A DNA stretch of 64,000 nt. It comes from the human T2T-CHM13v2.0 reference genome, Homo sapiens. The stretch lies in the NCBI RefSeq assembly GCF_009914755.1, contig NC_060948.1; one strand, given 5' to 3'. Positions 16,734-30,571 of the stretch are shown here, piece after piece; the stretch's first letter is position 1, and every line of letters starts with the position of its first letter. Made by a program: the position numbers and the translations under genes. The notes beneath the pieces were generated by a model. That model did no database searches. It was given only the letters and a program-made list of their open reading frames with translations, and had not been told where the DNA came from.

Positions 16734-17995
16734 TTTATTATTATTATTATACTTTGAGTTGTGGGGTACATGTGCAGAACGTGCAGGTTTATTACGTAGG
16801 TATACATATGCCATGGTGGTTTGCTTCACCCATCAATCCATCATCTACATTAGGTATTTCTCTGAATGCTGTCCTTCCCCTAGTCCCCCAACTCCAGACA
16901 GGCTTTGATGTGTGATGTTCCCCTCTATGTGTTCTCATTGTTCAGCTCTCATTTACGAGTGAGAACATCTGGTGTTTGGTTTTCTGTCTTGTGTTAGTTT
17001 GCTGAGAATGATGGATTTCAGCATCATCCGTGTCCCTGCAAAGGACATGAACTCATCCTTTTTCATGGCTGCATAGTATTCCATGGTGTATATTGCCACA
17101 TTTTCTTTATCCAGTCTATCATTGACAGGCATTTGTGTTGGCTCCACATCTTTCCTTTTGTGAACAGTGCAGCAATAAACATACATGTGCATGTCTCTAT
17201 AGAGTGATTTAAAATCCTTTGGGTATATATCCAGTAATGGGATTGCTGGGTTCAATGGTATTTCTGGTTCTAGATACTTGAGGAATTGTCACACTGTCTT
17301 CCACAATGATTGAATAATCTACACTCCAACCAACAGTGTAAACACATTCCTATTTCTCCACACCCTCCCCAGCATCTGTTGTTTCCTGACTTTTTAACGA
17401 TTGCCATTCTAACTGGTGTGAGATGGTTTTGACTTGGATTTTTCTAATGACCCATGATGATGAGCTGTTTTTCATGTTTGTTGGCTGCATAAATGTCTTC
17501 TTTTGATAAATGTCTGTTCATATCCTTCACCCGTTTTTTGATGGGTTACTTTTTTTCTTGTAAATCTGTTTAAGTTCTTTGTATATTCTGAATATTGGCC
17601 CTTTGTCAGATGGATAGATTGCAAAAATTGTCTCCCAATCTGTAGGTTGCTTCTTCACTCTGATGATAGTTTATTTTGCTGTGCAGAAGCTCTTTGGTTT
17701 AATCAGACTGTATGTGTCAATTTTGGCTTTTGTTGCCATTACTTTCAGTGTTTTAGTCATGAAGACCTTGCCCATGCCAATGTTCTCAATGGTTTTGCCT
17801 AGGTTTTCTTCTAGCGTTTCTATGGTTTTAGGTGTTATGTTTAAGTCTTTAATCCATCTTGAATTAATTTTTGTATAAGGTGTAAGGAAGGGATCCAGTT
17901 TCAGCTTGCTGCATATGTCTAGCCAGGTTTCCCAGCACCACTTGTTAAATAGAGAATCCTTTCCCATTGCTTGTTTTTTTCAGGTTTGTCAAAGA
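16734..17995 (-). mobile_element. 5'-truncated L1PA element
   Basis: ORF2 C-terminal peptides ([15 protein letters not shown]); TSD taatct(a/g)ttatttc at 16720-16733 and 17997-18010. Confidence 0.95.
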
Positions 17996-18361
17996 ATAAT
18001 CTGTTATTTCTAATACAGAGTACTGCATGGCATATGAACTATAACCAATAAGTTGGCAATTGAGATAAATATGTAAAGAAGATTTATTTCATAAAATGAT
18101 TTGGATACACAAAACAGAATCTCTACTGTATATGTTCACTAAGTATAGAAATATTTTATGTGAGTTTGCAATGGAATCAGTAAAAATTAACTACCCTCTT
18201 TGAATAGACAGAGAATGAATATTTACAGGGAACCTCGTATTAAAATTAATCCAGAATTTAAATGCGAAGAAGATAATCTTTAATGTTTTCTTGAGGTTAA
18301 TGCTTAGTTTTAATTAAGATCATTAAACATTTTTGCAAATTTCAAATTTTCTAGTTGGTTA

Positions 18362-18685
18362 TTGTGTCAGCCCATCCTCAGGTAGGATGATATGCTGGAG
18401 AACTTATGGTACCCAGAAAATCTATCATGTTAATGGTTATGGATGATTACAGTGAAAGGTTACAGGTTAGAATCAACAAAGGAAAAGGGGCATATGGCTG
18501 AGTTCAGGAAACAAGGCACAAGTTGTCCCCTTTGATTTGACTTATAAGAAACAATGTGTAACATCAACAATGTATGACATCAACAATGTATTACAATACT
18601 TACGAAGCATTGTTGACTAGAGAGGCTCACCTGAGACTTGATGTCCAGGGTTTTTATTGGGGTTTAGTTATTTAGACATGGAGAC
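18362..18685. mobile_element. MER21-like LTR fragment
   Basis: ttacagtgaaaggttacagg...aaaggaaaagggcatatgg...gatgtccagggtttttattggggtttagt. Confidence 0.6.
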
Positions 18686-18829
18686 CTAAAGTTAGCATTT
18701 GATTAAGAACTATTAATGAAACATCAATGATAAGAATTTACCATTGAGTGCTGTTCTTTCGCCTTAATACTTATTGAGTACACCTGGGATCTTATCCCTT
18801 GCTAACATGTTAAATACAAATGTGTTTCA

Positions 18830-19113
18830 GGCATAAAATGGGTGGCTTATCAACAATAAAAATTTGTTTCTTATAATTCAGGAGTCTGGAAAGTGCAAGA
18901 GTAATGCTGATTGAATTTCTGGTGAGGGCCAATTTTCTGTACATAGATGGTGACTTCCGGTTGTTTCTTCTTTTATAAGGATACAAATCTTCATGAGGGT
19001 TCTGTCCTCATGATTTAATCACTTTCCAAACACCTCATCTCATAATGCCATCAATTTGATGATTAAGTCTTCAACAAAAAAAATTCAGAAGGTACACACA
19101 TTTAGAACCTAGC
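18830..19113 (-). mobile_element. MaLR (MST/MLT1A) LTR fragment
   Basis: gggtggcttatcaacaat...ctggtgagggcc...ctcatgatttaatcactttccaaa. Confidence 0.65.
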
Positions 19114-19951
19114 AATATATAATTGGAAATTTGCATAAATACTAGTGCTATCTTGTGATGAAATGCAGATCTAGACACACTCAGTAATTTACCTTAATGT
19201 TACATCCAGCTACTAAAATGAGAGACCAAGGGACTAACATCAAATCCACCACATTTAAATAATGCTATTAGAGAGATAAGAGAAAAACACAGAGATATAT
19301 ATGCAAGTGGATAAATCTGAAACTTTTGCCTGAACCTAGACAATAAGACTGTCACGGTGCTGTGGTTTATATTGAGTCACAACTGAATAATAGATAGGGT
19401 CAGTGTTTGGAGTTCAAAGGAGAAGAAGGATTTTGTCCCAAGTTTGTCAGGAGTGGGAAACAATTATGGATTCTTGCTAGACTAATAAAAGAGAACTGGG
19501 TCTCCTGCCTGACCCACTCTTTTCCATCCAGATGCTGATATTATACTAAAATCACCTCAGATGATCCTTACGAAGGCAGTGTGAAGTTGAATGGATGAGT
19601 AGAGTGACTGCAGAGCATAGATTCTGCCACAACTGTTTATGTCTCTCCACCCTACCCTGTGCCCAGGATTGAGTTTTGTATAATAATAGGATCCATTGAC
19701 TTGAGGCTTCCATGTGGGCTAAACTAAGATTTCAAAAGATGGCAGGGGATTGAGATTAGAGATTTCCATCATGGCCTTCCTGCTTGCAGAACCAGCTTAG
19801 GCATGCAGTGTCTCTCAACCTAAAATGACTGGTGATCCCAATGTGACCTTTTCTATCTACCCCATTTCTTTCAGGTTTCTAGAAGCTGATTTCCTCTCAG
19901 TCACTGATGTGTTTGCATGACTTGCAAGCAATGTCATGACAACCCTTGATC

Positions 19952-20260
19952 TGCCTTGGTATGGTGGCTCATGTTTGTAATCCCAGCACTTTGAAGGGCT
20001 GAGGTAGGAGGATTGCTTGAGGCTAGGAGTTCAAGATCAGCCTGGGCAATATAGTGAGACCCCATCTCACGATAAAAAATAGAAAAATTAGGTAGGCATG
20101 GGGGTGAATGCTTCTAATCCCACCTATTCAAGAGGCTGAGGCAGGAGTATTGATTGAGCCTGGGAAGTGGAGGCTGTAGTTAGTTGTGATCACACCACCG
20201 TACTCCAGCCTGGGCAACAAAGAAAGACTCTGTCTCAGACAAACAAAGAAACAAATAAAA
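19952..20260 (+). mobile_element. AluJ
   Basis: Dimeric diverged Alu. Confidence 0.9.
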
Positions 20261-21241
20261 AACACAAAAATATAAAGAAAGAGCTTTTGTTCTGTACTAC
20301 GTTTTTCCAGGATATTTGTGTAGTGAGTGGCCTTAGATGGTAGAGATAATGTCCACATTTGTTGGCTTTCCTGGATAATAAAAACAATTCCCCCCAGCAC
20401 AGCTAAGTTTGGGAAGGTTTATTATTCTTCCAATAGTTAATGTTTCCCTGACAAATTCCAGCAAGTCCATCAAGCATTCTTTAGTGTGATTTCCTGAATA
20501 CCAGCCTCATTACTGTTGGGTTGGACCCTTGTAATTTTTACGATTCTATTAGTTGTATACCTTCTGGTTAAGACATTGAAGTACTAGGAGATGTTTTGGA
20601 TGATGCTAAAGGGGTCAAGTTTATGGAACTAGATTTAGTAAAGGAGGTGAATCAGACTACTTTGGGGTTCCTGGAGGGGAAAGATACCATTTTCTGGGGG
20701 TCTGAATTTGTATTTAAATGTTTTGAGGTATTCTTAGCACTAACATTATCAAACCCCACATTCTTCTCTGTTCTGTGTTTCTTTCATCACAGGAGCGCTG
20801 GCTGATTTATTCTGCCTAGACGAGGGCTTCTGGGAAGCAATTGCACAATCCCTTTCTTAGGAACTTTTGCCCAAAGTGCCTTATAGACCTAGAAGATGCC
20901 TAGGTTTATTTAATTATTGTGAAATTGGGGAGAAATGCAGAGCTTTTTCATATGGAAAAGGAAATGCTTCCAAGAAGGCAGTCTTCAATTCTGTGAAGGT
21001 CAAGTTGGCAAGCAGCAAAAGAGTCATTGTATTTTTCTTTTTCCCATTGGCTATGCAATTTGGAAATCTTGAATAAATCTCACTATCCTAAGGCGGGCAT
21101 ATCCATTTCTAACTTCAGATTGTAGAGGGACCTCAGACACATTAGATTCAAGAGAATAATGTTGGAACAAGCTGGAATTTAAAAAGTAGAAGAATAACAA
21201 GAAACACACCAAAAGACACAGGAAAACACACATATGTATAA

Positions 21242-21243
<2 letters not shown>

Positions 21244-21284
<41 letters not shown>
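21244..21284 (+). repeat. (CA)n microsatellite
   Basis: About 20 perfect CA units. Confidence 0.95.
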
Positions 21285-21286
<2 letters not shown>

Positions 21287-21582
21287 AATTAGCAAATACT
21301 CATGTCATAAAAACATAGCATCAAAGTTCTCATACAGATTTGAACTTGTAGCATGAGAAATGAAGGTAGATTTATCTCTCTGTGTGTGCCCATCATTATG
21401 CATGCACATAAGTGAAAAAAATGATTAAATATGTGAATATATGCATATTAAATAGCCTTGTAACTCTGGAGGTGAAACAATTGTATTGTCCTGGAGTAAG
21501 TATAGAGAAGCATCAGTTTTGTGTTTTCTTTTTTTAAATAATAATGAGCTATCAGGGTCATCATTGCTCATAGTTAATTCTT

Positions 21583-22092
21583 TGATATGGTTTGGCTCTG
21601 TGTCCTCACCCAAATCTCATCTGGGATTGTAATTCTCATAATCCCCATATGTTGAGGAAAGGACTGGTGGGAGGTGATTGTATCATGGTGGAGGCTCCCC
21701 CATGCCATTCTCATGATGTGAGTGAGTTCTCTGGAGATCTGATGGCTTTATAAGTGTTTGACAGTTCCTCCTTATTATGTATGTATGTATGTATGTATGT
21801 ATGTATGTATGTATTTATTTTTGAGATGGCGTATCACTGTGTTGCTCATGTTGGAGTGCAGTGGCATGATCTTGGCTCACTGCAACCTCCACCTCCTGGG
21901 TTCAAGCAATTCTCCTGCCTCAGCCTGACACTTTGTGAAGAAGGTATTTGCTTCTCCTTTGCCTTCCACCAGTACTGTAAGTTTCCTGAGGCCTCTCCAT
22001 CCATGCAGAATAGTGAGTGAATTAAACCTTTCCGTTATAAATTACCCAGTCTCAGGCATCTCGTTATAGCAGCATAAGAATGAACTAATACA
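21583..22092 (+). mobile_element. THE1/MSTA-type MaLR solo LTR containing (TATG)n plus a truncated Alu (21775-21927)
   Basis: tgatatggtttggctctgtgtcc...gaactaataca termini. Confidence 0.85.
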
Positions 22093-23084
22093 CCCTCCAT
22101 GTGTAGTGACGCAAAAAAGAGTGATAGTGGTAGAATTGAACACCAAAGAAATGAAAGGTTACTGCTTCTGCTAACATTGATGTTACTTGTATTTCAAATA
22201 GCACACCGAGAACACACCTATCCCAAATGTACTTGCCTTCAACATTAGACTTCATGGTGTACTTTTTGTGATGGTTTGAAAGAAGAGGTATAGCATTTTA
22301 CATATGGACTTAACAGTCCTAAATGATGTTTAAAAATTTTCCTGAAGCTAGCAATACCACAAATTCCCTGGGCTTTTTGTCTACAATTGTACCAGTTCAG
22401 TAGTAGTATTCTCATTAATAACAACAGTCCTGTCTCCTGTTCTACCTAAATTTAATGAAAGAAAATAAAATTGATTCACGTTTTTGCATTGTAGCTAATT
22501 ATTTTCAATCCCTGAATATGAGGGCTACATAAATGAATGACTTTAACGGTGAAACATTTTAATGCCAATCACTTGGAAAATCATAACATTTTACAATCAC
22601 CATTAAACATGTTATGTATGTTTTAGGTGTTATAGTTATATGCAACATTCATTTAGTATTTTAAACATTGTCAGTTGGAATTTTTATATTAGTTTACTAA
22701 AAACATATTAATTTTCTTTTATACAGCCCAACTTAATTTCACCATTTCTCTAAAATTTTCCTCTAGTTAAAGATAACTTTTTCAGAATTCTGAAACAACT
22801 ATTTTATAGTAATAGATTGTTAAATATGATTATATAAGTATGTATTATTTCTTTGATACCCACTGAGAAAATCATATGTCATATCGACAATGCTTTGAAA
22901 TTCTTTAACATGAAATGACATTTATTTTGTAATTGAAGAGAAAGACTTCAAGTAAAAGAAAAATTAATGGCATAAATAACAATACAAATAATTATAGGAG
23001 TAATAATAAGCAACATGACCGGAAGGTTTACTATGTGTCAGGCAGTTTAAGGCATCAGTTAGGAGATTAATCATCACTATAAAC

Positions 23085-23197
23085 TGGCCAGATGCAGTGG
23101 CTTATGTCTGTAATCCCACTGCTTTGGTAGAGAAAGGAGGCGGGATCATTTGAGGCCAAGAATCTGAGACCCTCCTGGGCAACATAACAAACACCTG

Positions 23198-23228
<31 letters not shown>

Positions 23229-23402
23229 AATTAGCCGTGCATGACGGTGTATGTCTGTAGACTCAGCTACTCTGGGGGTGTTGACATGGGAGGATTTCTT
23301 GAGCCCAGGATGTCAAGGCTGCAGTGAAATCTGGGACACTACAATCCATCCTGGGCAACAGAATGAGAAATTGTCTCTAAAAATAAAATAAATAAATAAA
23401 TA
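23085..23402 (+). mobile_element. AluJ with (CA)n in the central linker
   Basis: Dimeric diverged Alu. Confidence 0.85.
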
Positions 23403-24185
23403 TTTTTTTAAAAAAAAAATTACCACAGCAAGCTGATGGAGGAGAAATTTGGCTGGGTTGATCTATAGATGAGGACACTAAAGTGAGAAGAAATGTTAAA
23501 ACATCAACCAGGAATCCAGGTACAATATGGATTTTGATATCTGGGTGCCAACCTTGGGCAACATCCCCAACCACCACATTGTCCCTTAACTGGGTGCTAA
23601 ATGCATGAACAGCATTTCCCAGGTAGAATTAGGAGAGACTGACATCACAGAGTTTGATTTTAGCAAAAATAATTAAGGCTAGAAAGGAGAAAATGGATTT
23701 AGCCTAATCCATCATGTGCTTTTCCTGTTCTCTGTATCACTCCAAGAATGTCAGCATCTGATGGGTGTGAAAAATCACACTTTTCTTGTACCTTGCACAC
23801 TGTTTCCTTGTCTTGGGCCTTTCCTCATTATAATGGGACATACTTGTATCTCCATTCTTTCCATACTAGGAACTTTGGCTTCCGCTATGTATAATGTGGT
23901 TAATCGTGCGCTTAAATACCATCAAACTTCAAAATGTGTTTCCGAATGGGATTCTTATCCATGTTACCTTAAAGTTTCTTTTTTCCCAATAATAGGATAT
24001 TCTTTAATAAGTGACCTCTTGGTCTAGATCATTAGTGTATATCTGCCCATATTGACAAGGATATAGCTTGATTTTTTTTTTTTTTAAGAAATGTTGATGC
24101 TATTTCTAGGTTAGGCAAAAGTTTCCTACAGAAAAAAAAAAAAAAAAAAAAAAAAAAGCAGGGTGATAATATTAAAATTAGTTTT

Positions 24186-24483
24186 GGTCAAGCATGTTGG
24201 GTCACACCTGTAATCCCAACAATTTAGAAAATCAAGGTGGGAGGGTCGCTTGCGGCCAGGCATTTGAGAACAGCCTAGACAACATAGTGACACTTCATCT
24301 CTAAAAATAATTTATTTTTGAAAATTAGCTGGGTGTGGTGGCACATGCCTGTGGTTCTAGCTGTTTGGGAGGCTGAAGTGTGATGATTGCTGATCTCCAA
24401 AGAAAAAGGCTGTAGTGAACCATAATCATCCCATTTGCACTCCAGCCTGGGTCATAGAGTGAAATCTTATCTCAAAAACAAAC
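24186..24483 (+). mobile_element. AluJ
   Basis: Dimeric diverged Alu. Confidence 0.85.
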
Positions 24484-25042
24484 ATCAGTGTTTATTGCCT
24501 AAGTTTTCTTAATTTTTCATTAAGAAAAAGCCGTTGGTCATTTTTTCTGGTTTAACATTTTATGCTTATTTTATATATATTTTTAAGATTGATTTCTCAG
24601 TTTGAAACAAAGGTTTTCAGTAGCCTGCTAGGACAAGAATGTGATTGGAATGGAGAAATTTCTTCCATGTAAGTTTCAACTAAGGGCTATGTAATAATAC
24701 AGAATAAATGATAGGGCCATTATTTTGATGAAACTATCCTTTACTTGAGGAAATTTTAACATCATGATGGGAAAAATTACCACTATTTTATAGTGTTATA
24801 GATTATCTATCATTACCTACTTTTATTCTGAACAGAAAAATTTGCAAGTGGAGCTGAAAGAAATCAGAATGTTAGAATCACATGCATGTCTCAAATAAAC
24901 TCATTTTTCAAAACTTCACAAACATATTCCTTGTGATCAATTTTATTTACCAAAGGTGTTCAGAGCATTTCTTCCATTCCACAGACCCTTCATATAGAGC
25001 AACTTTAAAGCTTTAAGATTCTTCTCAGACAAAAGATTCTCC

Positions 25043-25392
25043 TGGCAGGTGTGTGTGCTCAAGCCTGAAATAATAGCATTTTGGAGGCCAGGGTGGGAGG
25101 ATTGTTGAGGCCGGGAATTGGAGACCAGCAACATAGTGAGACCCTTTTTCTACAATGTAATAATAATAACTATTATTATTTTAAAATATAACCATGCATG
25201 GCAGTTCACCTCTGTAGTCCCAGTTACTTGGGAGGCTCAGGCAGGAGGATCACTTCAGTCCAGGAAGTTGAGTCTGCAGTGAGCCATGATAGAACCACTG
25301 CACTCCAGTCTAGGAGACAGAGCAAGACCATGTCTCAAAAATAAATTAATTGAATAAATAAGTAAATAAATAAATACATAAATAAATAAAAA
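25043..25392 (+). mobile_element. AluJ
   Basis: Dimeric diverged Alu with (AAAT)n tail. Confidence 0.85.
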
Positions 25393-25734
25393 GACGCTCT
25401 CTCCTCTGGAATCTGAGCAAGGCTGTGAAAACAGAGGAAGTGACACTATGTACATTCTGAGGCTGGATTGTAAATGAAGCCTAAGCCACTTCGGGGAGGT
25501 GCTTTGTACATTTCATCTGAGAGCTCTTACTGAGCCAGCATCCATCCACACACATAGGAGTGATGAAACCTTCACTTCATTCTATTCCTCAGCCACAGAG
25601 TGCCTCCCCGACTTTGTAAACTCCAAACACCACAGGCAAAGACAGCCATATACAACGAACCCTTTCAGAATCCCTAAAGCACAAAATCTTTAGCATAATA
25701 AAACAATTGCTCTTCTACAAGACTGAGTTAGGCA

Positions 25735-26119
25735 TCGGTAGAGTTTGGATATTGGATCCGCCATAACTCATATTGAAATTTTATCCCCACGTTGTATGTG
25801 GGGCCTGGCGAGAGGTGTTTGAGTCATGGGGGTGGATTCCTCATGAATGACTTGGTGCCCTTTGGAAGGAGTGAGTCCCTACTGTATAGTTCATCTGAGC
25901 ATGGCACCCCTCTTCCTCTGTCTTTTCCTCCCTTGCATATGACTCTCCATTTACCTTTCACATTTGCCATTACTGGAAGCATCCTGAGGTGTTTACAAGA
26001 AGAAAAGTCTTCTTATACAGCCTGAAAAATCGTGACTCAGGTAAACACCAGGCTTTATAAATTGGTAAATTACCCAGGCTCAGGTATTTCTTTATAGCAA
26101 TGCAAAGCAGACTGAGACA
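25735..26119 (+). mobile_element. MST-type MaLR LTR (adjacent to an older MLT1-like fragment 25400-25730)
   Basis: gtttggatatt...gaggtgtttgagtcatgggggtggattcctcatgaatg...gcagactgagaca. Confidence 0.75.
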
Positions 26120-26249
26120 GAGTTGATCTGTACATAAAAATAGAATAGGAAAACACGCTCACAGGACACAGACAAACATGTTTTCAAATGAAAGCTAAGA
26201 AGATTAAATAAGGTTCCAAATACATAAGCAATTATTTGCAAGACTATTA

Positions 26250-26810
26250 CTTTTATAGTATTAGTATATTACTAAAATAATTATTTTCTTAATTATTGAT
26301 GTGTGTATACATATTATCTATAAATATAGCTAATATAAATATGAATATATTTATATTATTTATAAATATAGTTCTATTTTTATGTATATCTATTATATTT
26401 ATATTATTTATGTATAGATATAAATAATAACAATAATTTTAATTAACCAGGCTTGGTAGTTCACCCCTGTAGTCTCAGTTCCTTGAACGGTAATTATATG
26501 GTCTCTATAATATAAACATCTATTACTATAATTATATTTCTATTATATAAATAATAGATAATATTTATATTCTCTATAAATGGAGAATATAAATACAATA
26601 CTCATATTATCTATCATATGAAACATATTTATATAATAAAAATATAATATATACTATAAATATACTTATAGTAAATTATTATATATACTATAAATATACT
26701 ATATTATATATTAAATAACATAATTATATTTATATATTATATTATATATTATAAATATAAATTTATTTATATTACATACATATATTATTTTTAATATAAA
26801 TACAAATGCT
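26250..26810. repeat. AT-rich low-complexity tract
   Basis: Almost only A/T with degenerate TA repeats. Confidence 0.9.
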
Positions 26811-26910
26811 ATCTACGACTGTCTAGGACTGCTTACAAAAAAAGCAGTCCTTGATAAAATTTATATCTCAGGTATAAAATGAGCAAATGAGGTGTTTTAA
26901 AACAAGTAGA

Positions 26911-27225
26911 AGCTGGGCGCGGTGGCTCGTGCCTGTAATCACAGCACTTTGGGAGTCTGAAGCAGGCGAATCACTTGAGGCCAGGAGTCTGACACCAACC
27001 ATCCTGGCTAACATGAAAAAAAAAAAAACCATCTTTACTAAAAATACAAAAGTTAGCTGGGCATGATGGTGGGTTCCTGTAATCCCATCTACTCCCAGCT
27101 GAAGCAGAAGAATCAATTGAACCTGGGCGGCAGAGGCTGCACTGAGCAGGGATCATTCCACTGCATTCCAGCCTGGACAACAGGCTGTCTCAAAATTAAT
27201 TAATAAAATAAAATTAAATTAAAAT
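26911..27225 (+). mobile_element. AluS
   Basis: Dimeric Alu. Confidence 0.9.
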
Positions 27226-28768
27226 GAATAGAAGTCTTATATATTTGTGTGTGTGTGTGTGTGTGTGTATGTGTGTGTCTGTATACATATAAATGGTTTC
27301 AATTTATGCCATTCAAGTTTTATAGTGGGCAAGTAAAATAGCATTTCTCACGGCTTTAAAGCTTTTGCTGGGGTGACATGATTATACAAGTATAATGCTG
27401 AGCCATCCATTTTATAATGAGTTTTGCACCTTCACAGATGACATATTCTGGCAAGGAACTTTTCAAGCATAAGAAACATTTTTTACTGACAAGTATGAGG
27501 AAAATTAAATTTAAAAGTAGGTACTATCTATCTCGTGTCAGCTTTCAATGAAGCAAAATCAGATTTTCACAGCCTTGTTCTCATATTTCCACAAAGCTTT
27601 CCCATTTCCTCTGGGAATGCCTGTTGCAAGAGCCACTTTTAATAATTAGAAAATAAAAGTAAATATGTATCATTGTCAAATTTCATTTCGACCCATTCAA
27701 CTAAAAAAATAATACTAAATTAGGGTGGGTGACAGGAACTCCAGTCTCTGGGTCTTAAAACAAAGAAACAAACAAACAAACAAAACAAGACAAGCCTAAT
27801 TCCCCTAATGTGGAAAATCTGACAGATCATTCAATAAACATAGTTCATTAAATTCCAATCCACCAGAAATCAAAGCCATGAAAAATTTAAACAAAGAAAG
27901 GGAATTTCCCAGCCATTAGCTTAGCAAAAATTCAAATGTCTGCTGTATTCATTGTTGCAGAATTGTAGCAAAAGGGAATTTGTACCCAATTTTGGAAAAG
28001 CCATTTGGTATTGTCTAATGAAATGGAAAGTCTGCAATGGCATTTGTTACTCAACAGTACCTTTAAGAAGGCAAGACATGTTTAATTATTGGGGTTTTTG
28101 GGACAGACAGGCTGGATTTGATCTCAGCTTTTTTCCTGCTAGGTGTGTGATTTGAGCAATTTAGTAACTAGGCTTTAGATTTTCATTTTATGAATTAAGG
28201 CAACTAGACTTTTGTTGAGGCAAATAAGCTTAATATTTATAAAGAGCATTAACAAAATACCGCCAAATAAATGCTCACATATGTACACAAAGAGGCATTA
28301 ATAATTTTGTTTCTTGCCATATTGTTTGTAGAAGAGGAAAAGTGGAAATGACTTAGATCAAGGAAAAGGGAGTAATTAAGAATTAATAGCTCATAGTGTA
28401 TGCATACCAGGTATATTACAGTTATACAAATTGGCTCTATCTAAAAGGGCAATAAAATAATTACAAAAAGATGTATATAATAATGTACTTCTAAAGTAAA
28501 TTTAAAAAATATTCACCAGCTGTAGTTTAGTGATACATATATTTTTACTGACAATATAAAAATGTACTTTGGAAGACATTATGAGAATATAATTGATTGA
28601 TACACAACTTCAGCATTTGTCACCAGTGGTTTTCTCTCTCACAAGATGTTTACACAGTGTATGTGAACAAGTTTCAATTTGCAAAGGAATGCCCGAGAAG
28701 GCAAATAGAATAGAGTGAATTTTAAATATAGTGTGCTTGATGTTCTTAATTTGGAAAACATTTAAAAG

Positions 28769-29102
28769 ATGTGCACTGTTATAATTAGCATGTGTGTGTT
28801 GTGTATGTGTATGTGTGTATATATGTGTAAAACTAATGTCCTATACATTTATATATATTTTATATCAACATATACATGTGCTCTGTTATAGTAAATCAGC
28901 ATGTTACATATAGGTATGCTTATATGTGTATATACATAAAGAAAAATGTCATATACATTTATATATACATATTATATCAATATGTACATATGCACTGTTA
29001 GAATAATCAGTATGTATGTGTAAATGTATGTATATAGATTTGTGTATATATAATAAAACAAATGTCATACACATTTATATATACCTTTGAACAATATATA
29101 CA
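28769..29102 (+). repeat. Degenerate tandem repeat, 3 units of about 110 bp
   Basis: at(g/a)tgc(a/t)ctgtta starts at 28769, 28876, 28988, each followed by aatgtc-tatacatttatata. Confidence 0.8.
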
Positions 29103-29939
29103 TTTTAATAAGCATTTAACATGTACAGTTGACCCTTGGAAAAAAACAGAGATTAGAGATGAATTTTTAAAATATTACATTTACATTACTTTTTTTCATT
29201 AAATAAAATTATTATTGGTAAAGTTGAAGTTTACCAAGTGAAATTTGTTGAAAGCAACAATCCACCATCACCTTGGCAGCTATAGGGAGGGGACTGCCAT
29301 CAAACAAGCTTCAAATTTACCAATAATCATTATATTTAATAAAAAGCACAAATGCAACGAATATATAAATGTATATGTATATATATGGCATTTATTTTAT
29401 ACACACACACAGACACACACACACATATATACACACATGTAAGAATTGCTGTAACAATGAACATTTTTAAAATATTTTCCAAATTTAGAACATCAAACAC
29501 ACTAGATTTAAAATTCACTGCATTCTTTTTGGCTTTTAGGGCACACCACTGCAAATTGGAATTTGTTCACATAAATTGAGTAAACATCCTATGACAGAGG
29601 AAGCCCTTGGGTAAAAATGCCCATGTTGTATATCAATTAATGACATAAAAATAATCTAGTGTATCTCCTTTTATATGGCAATTCTATAAAATGTGTCTGT
29701 GTAGCTGGTGGTTTAGCAACTGTCTAAACAGAACTACCTGGATGCCCATAACATAATTATTCAGTCAGAATATTGTGTCTATTTTTTTGTGTCTTGAAAT
29801 CATGAAACATATGGAAGAAATGTAAATAACAAAAAATATTCAAGAGTGTAACAAAATTAATTTTACTGAACACAAGTAGCTACATATATAATGATATAAT
29901 TTAAATATAAATGTGTATGTATGTGTGTATATGCATATA

Positions 29940-30387
29940 CAGCTGCCCCTTGAACAACATGGGTTTGAACTGTGTGAGTCACTAATATGTGGATTTCCTT
30001 CCACCTCTGCCACCATTGAGATAGCAAGACCAACCCTTTCCCTTCTTCCTCCTCAGTCCACTCCAGGTGAAGACAATGGGGCTGAAGGCCTTCAAGATGA
30101 TCCACTTCCACTTTGTGAATAATAAATGTATTTTCTCTTTCTTGGAATATTCTTAATGACATTTTATTTTCTATATCTTACGTTATTGTAAAAATACAGT
30201 ATATAGTACATATAATGTACAAAATGTGTGTTAATTGACCATTCATATCATTGGTAATAGCCAATCTACAGTATACTATTAATACTTCAGTTTTGCGGGA
30301 GTAAAAATTATACATGGATTTTCAACTATACATGAGAGTCGGATGGAGGTTTGTTCCTTACCTCCCATGTTGCTCAACGGCTAACTG
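29940..30387. mobile_element. Tigger2a-like (TcMar-Tigger) MITE
   Basis: TA-flanked TIRs cagctgccccttgaacaacatggg / cccatgttgctcaacggctaactg. Confidence 0.8.
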
Positions 30388-30571
30388 TATATGTTAAATG
30401 TTCATATAAATGTATGTATTGGTTTAAAATGTATATATTAAATATTCAAAAACATATGAAATATGCATAGATCCAAGTTATAGATATGTACCATATACAT
30501 ATATATGTGTAGGTGTATATACACACACACACACACACACACACTCACACACACAAACACAAGTTTATGTA

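Larger units (their letters stand above)
20290..22330 (-). pseudogene. Decayed AcademX-like transposase N-terminal half (copy D)
   Basis: Minus strand: LQCLNQKVYN**NRKNYKGPTQQ**GWYSGNHTKECLMDLL (20581-20459) then TLSLPSKATHYTN (20352-20314); resembles recalled QDIVYxxxxGxxxxPKHxxLG...KxLIxxL and ETxSGxxTTHxTNG. Confidence 0.4.

Noticed and set aside
28769-29102. Spaced repeats as a CRISPR-like array
   Set aside because: Degenerate TA/TG-rich tandem units in primate DNA, no unique spacers and no cas genes.
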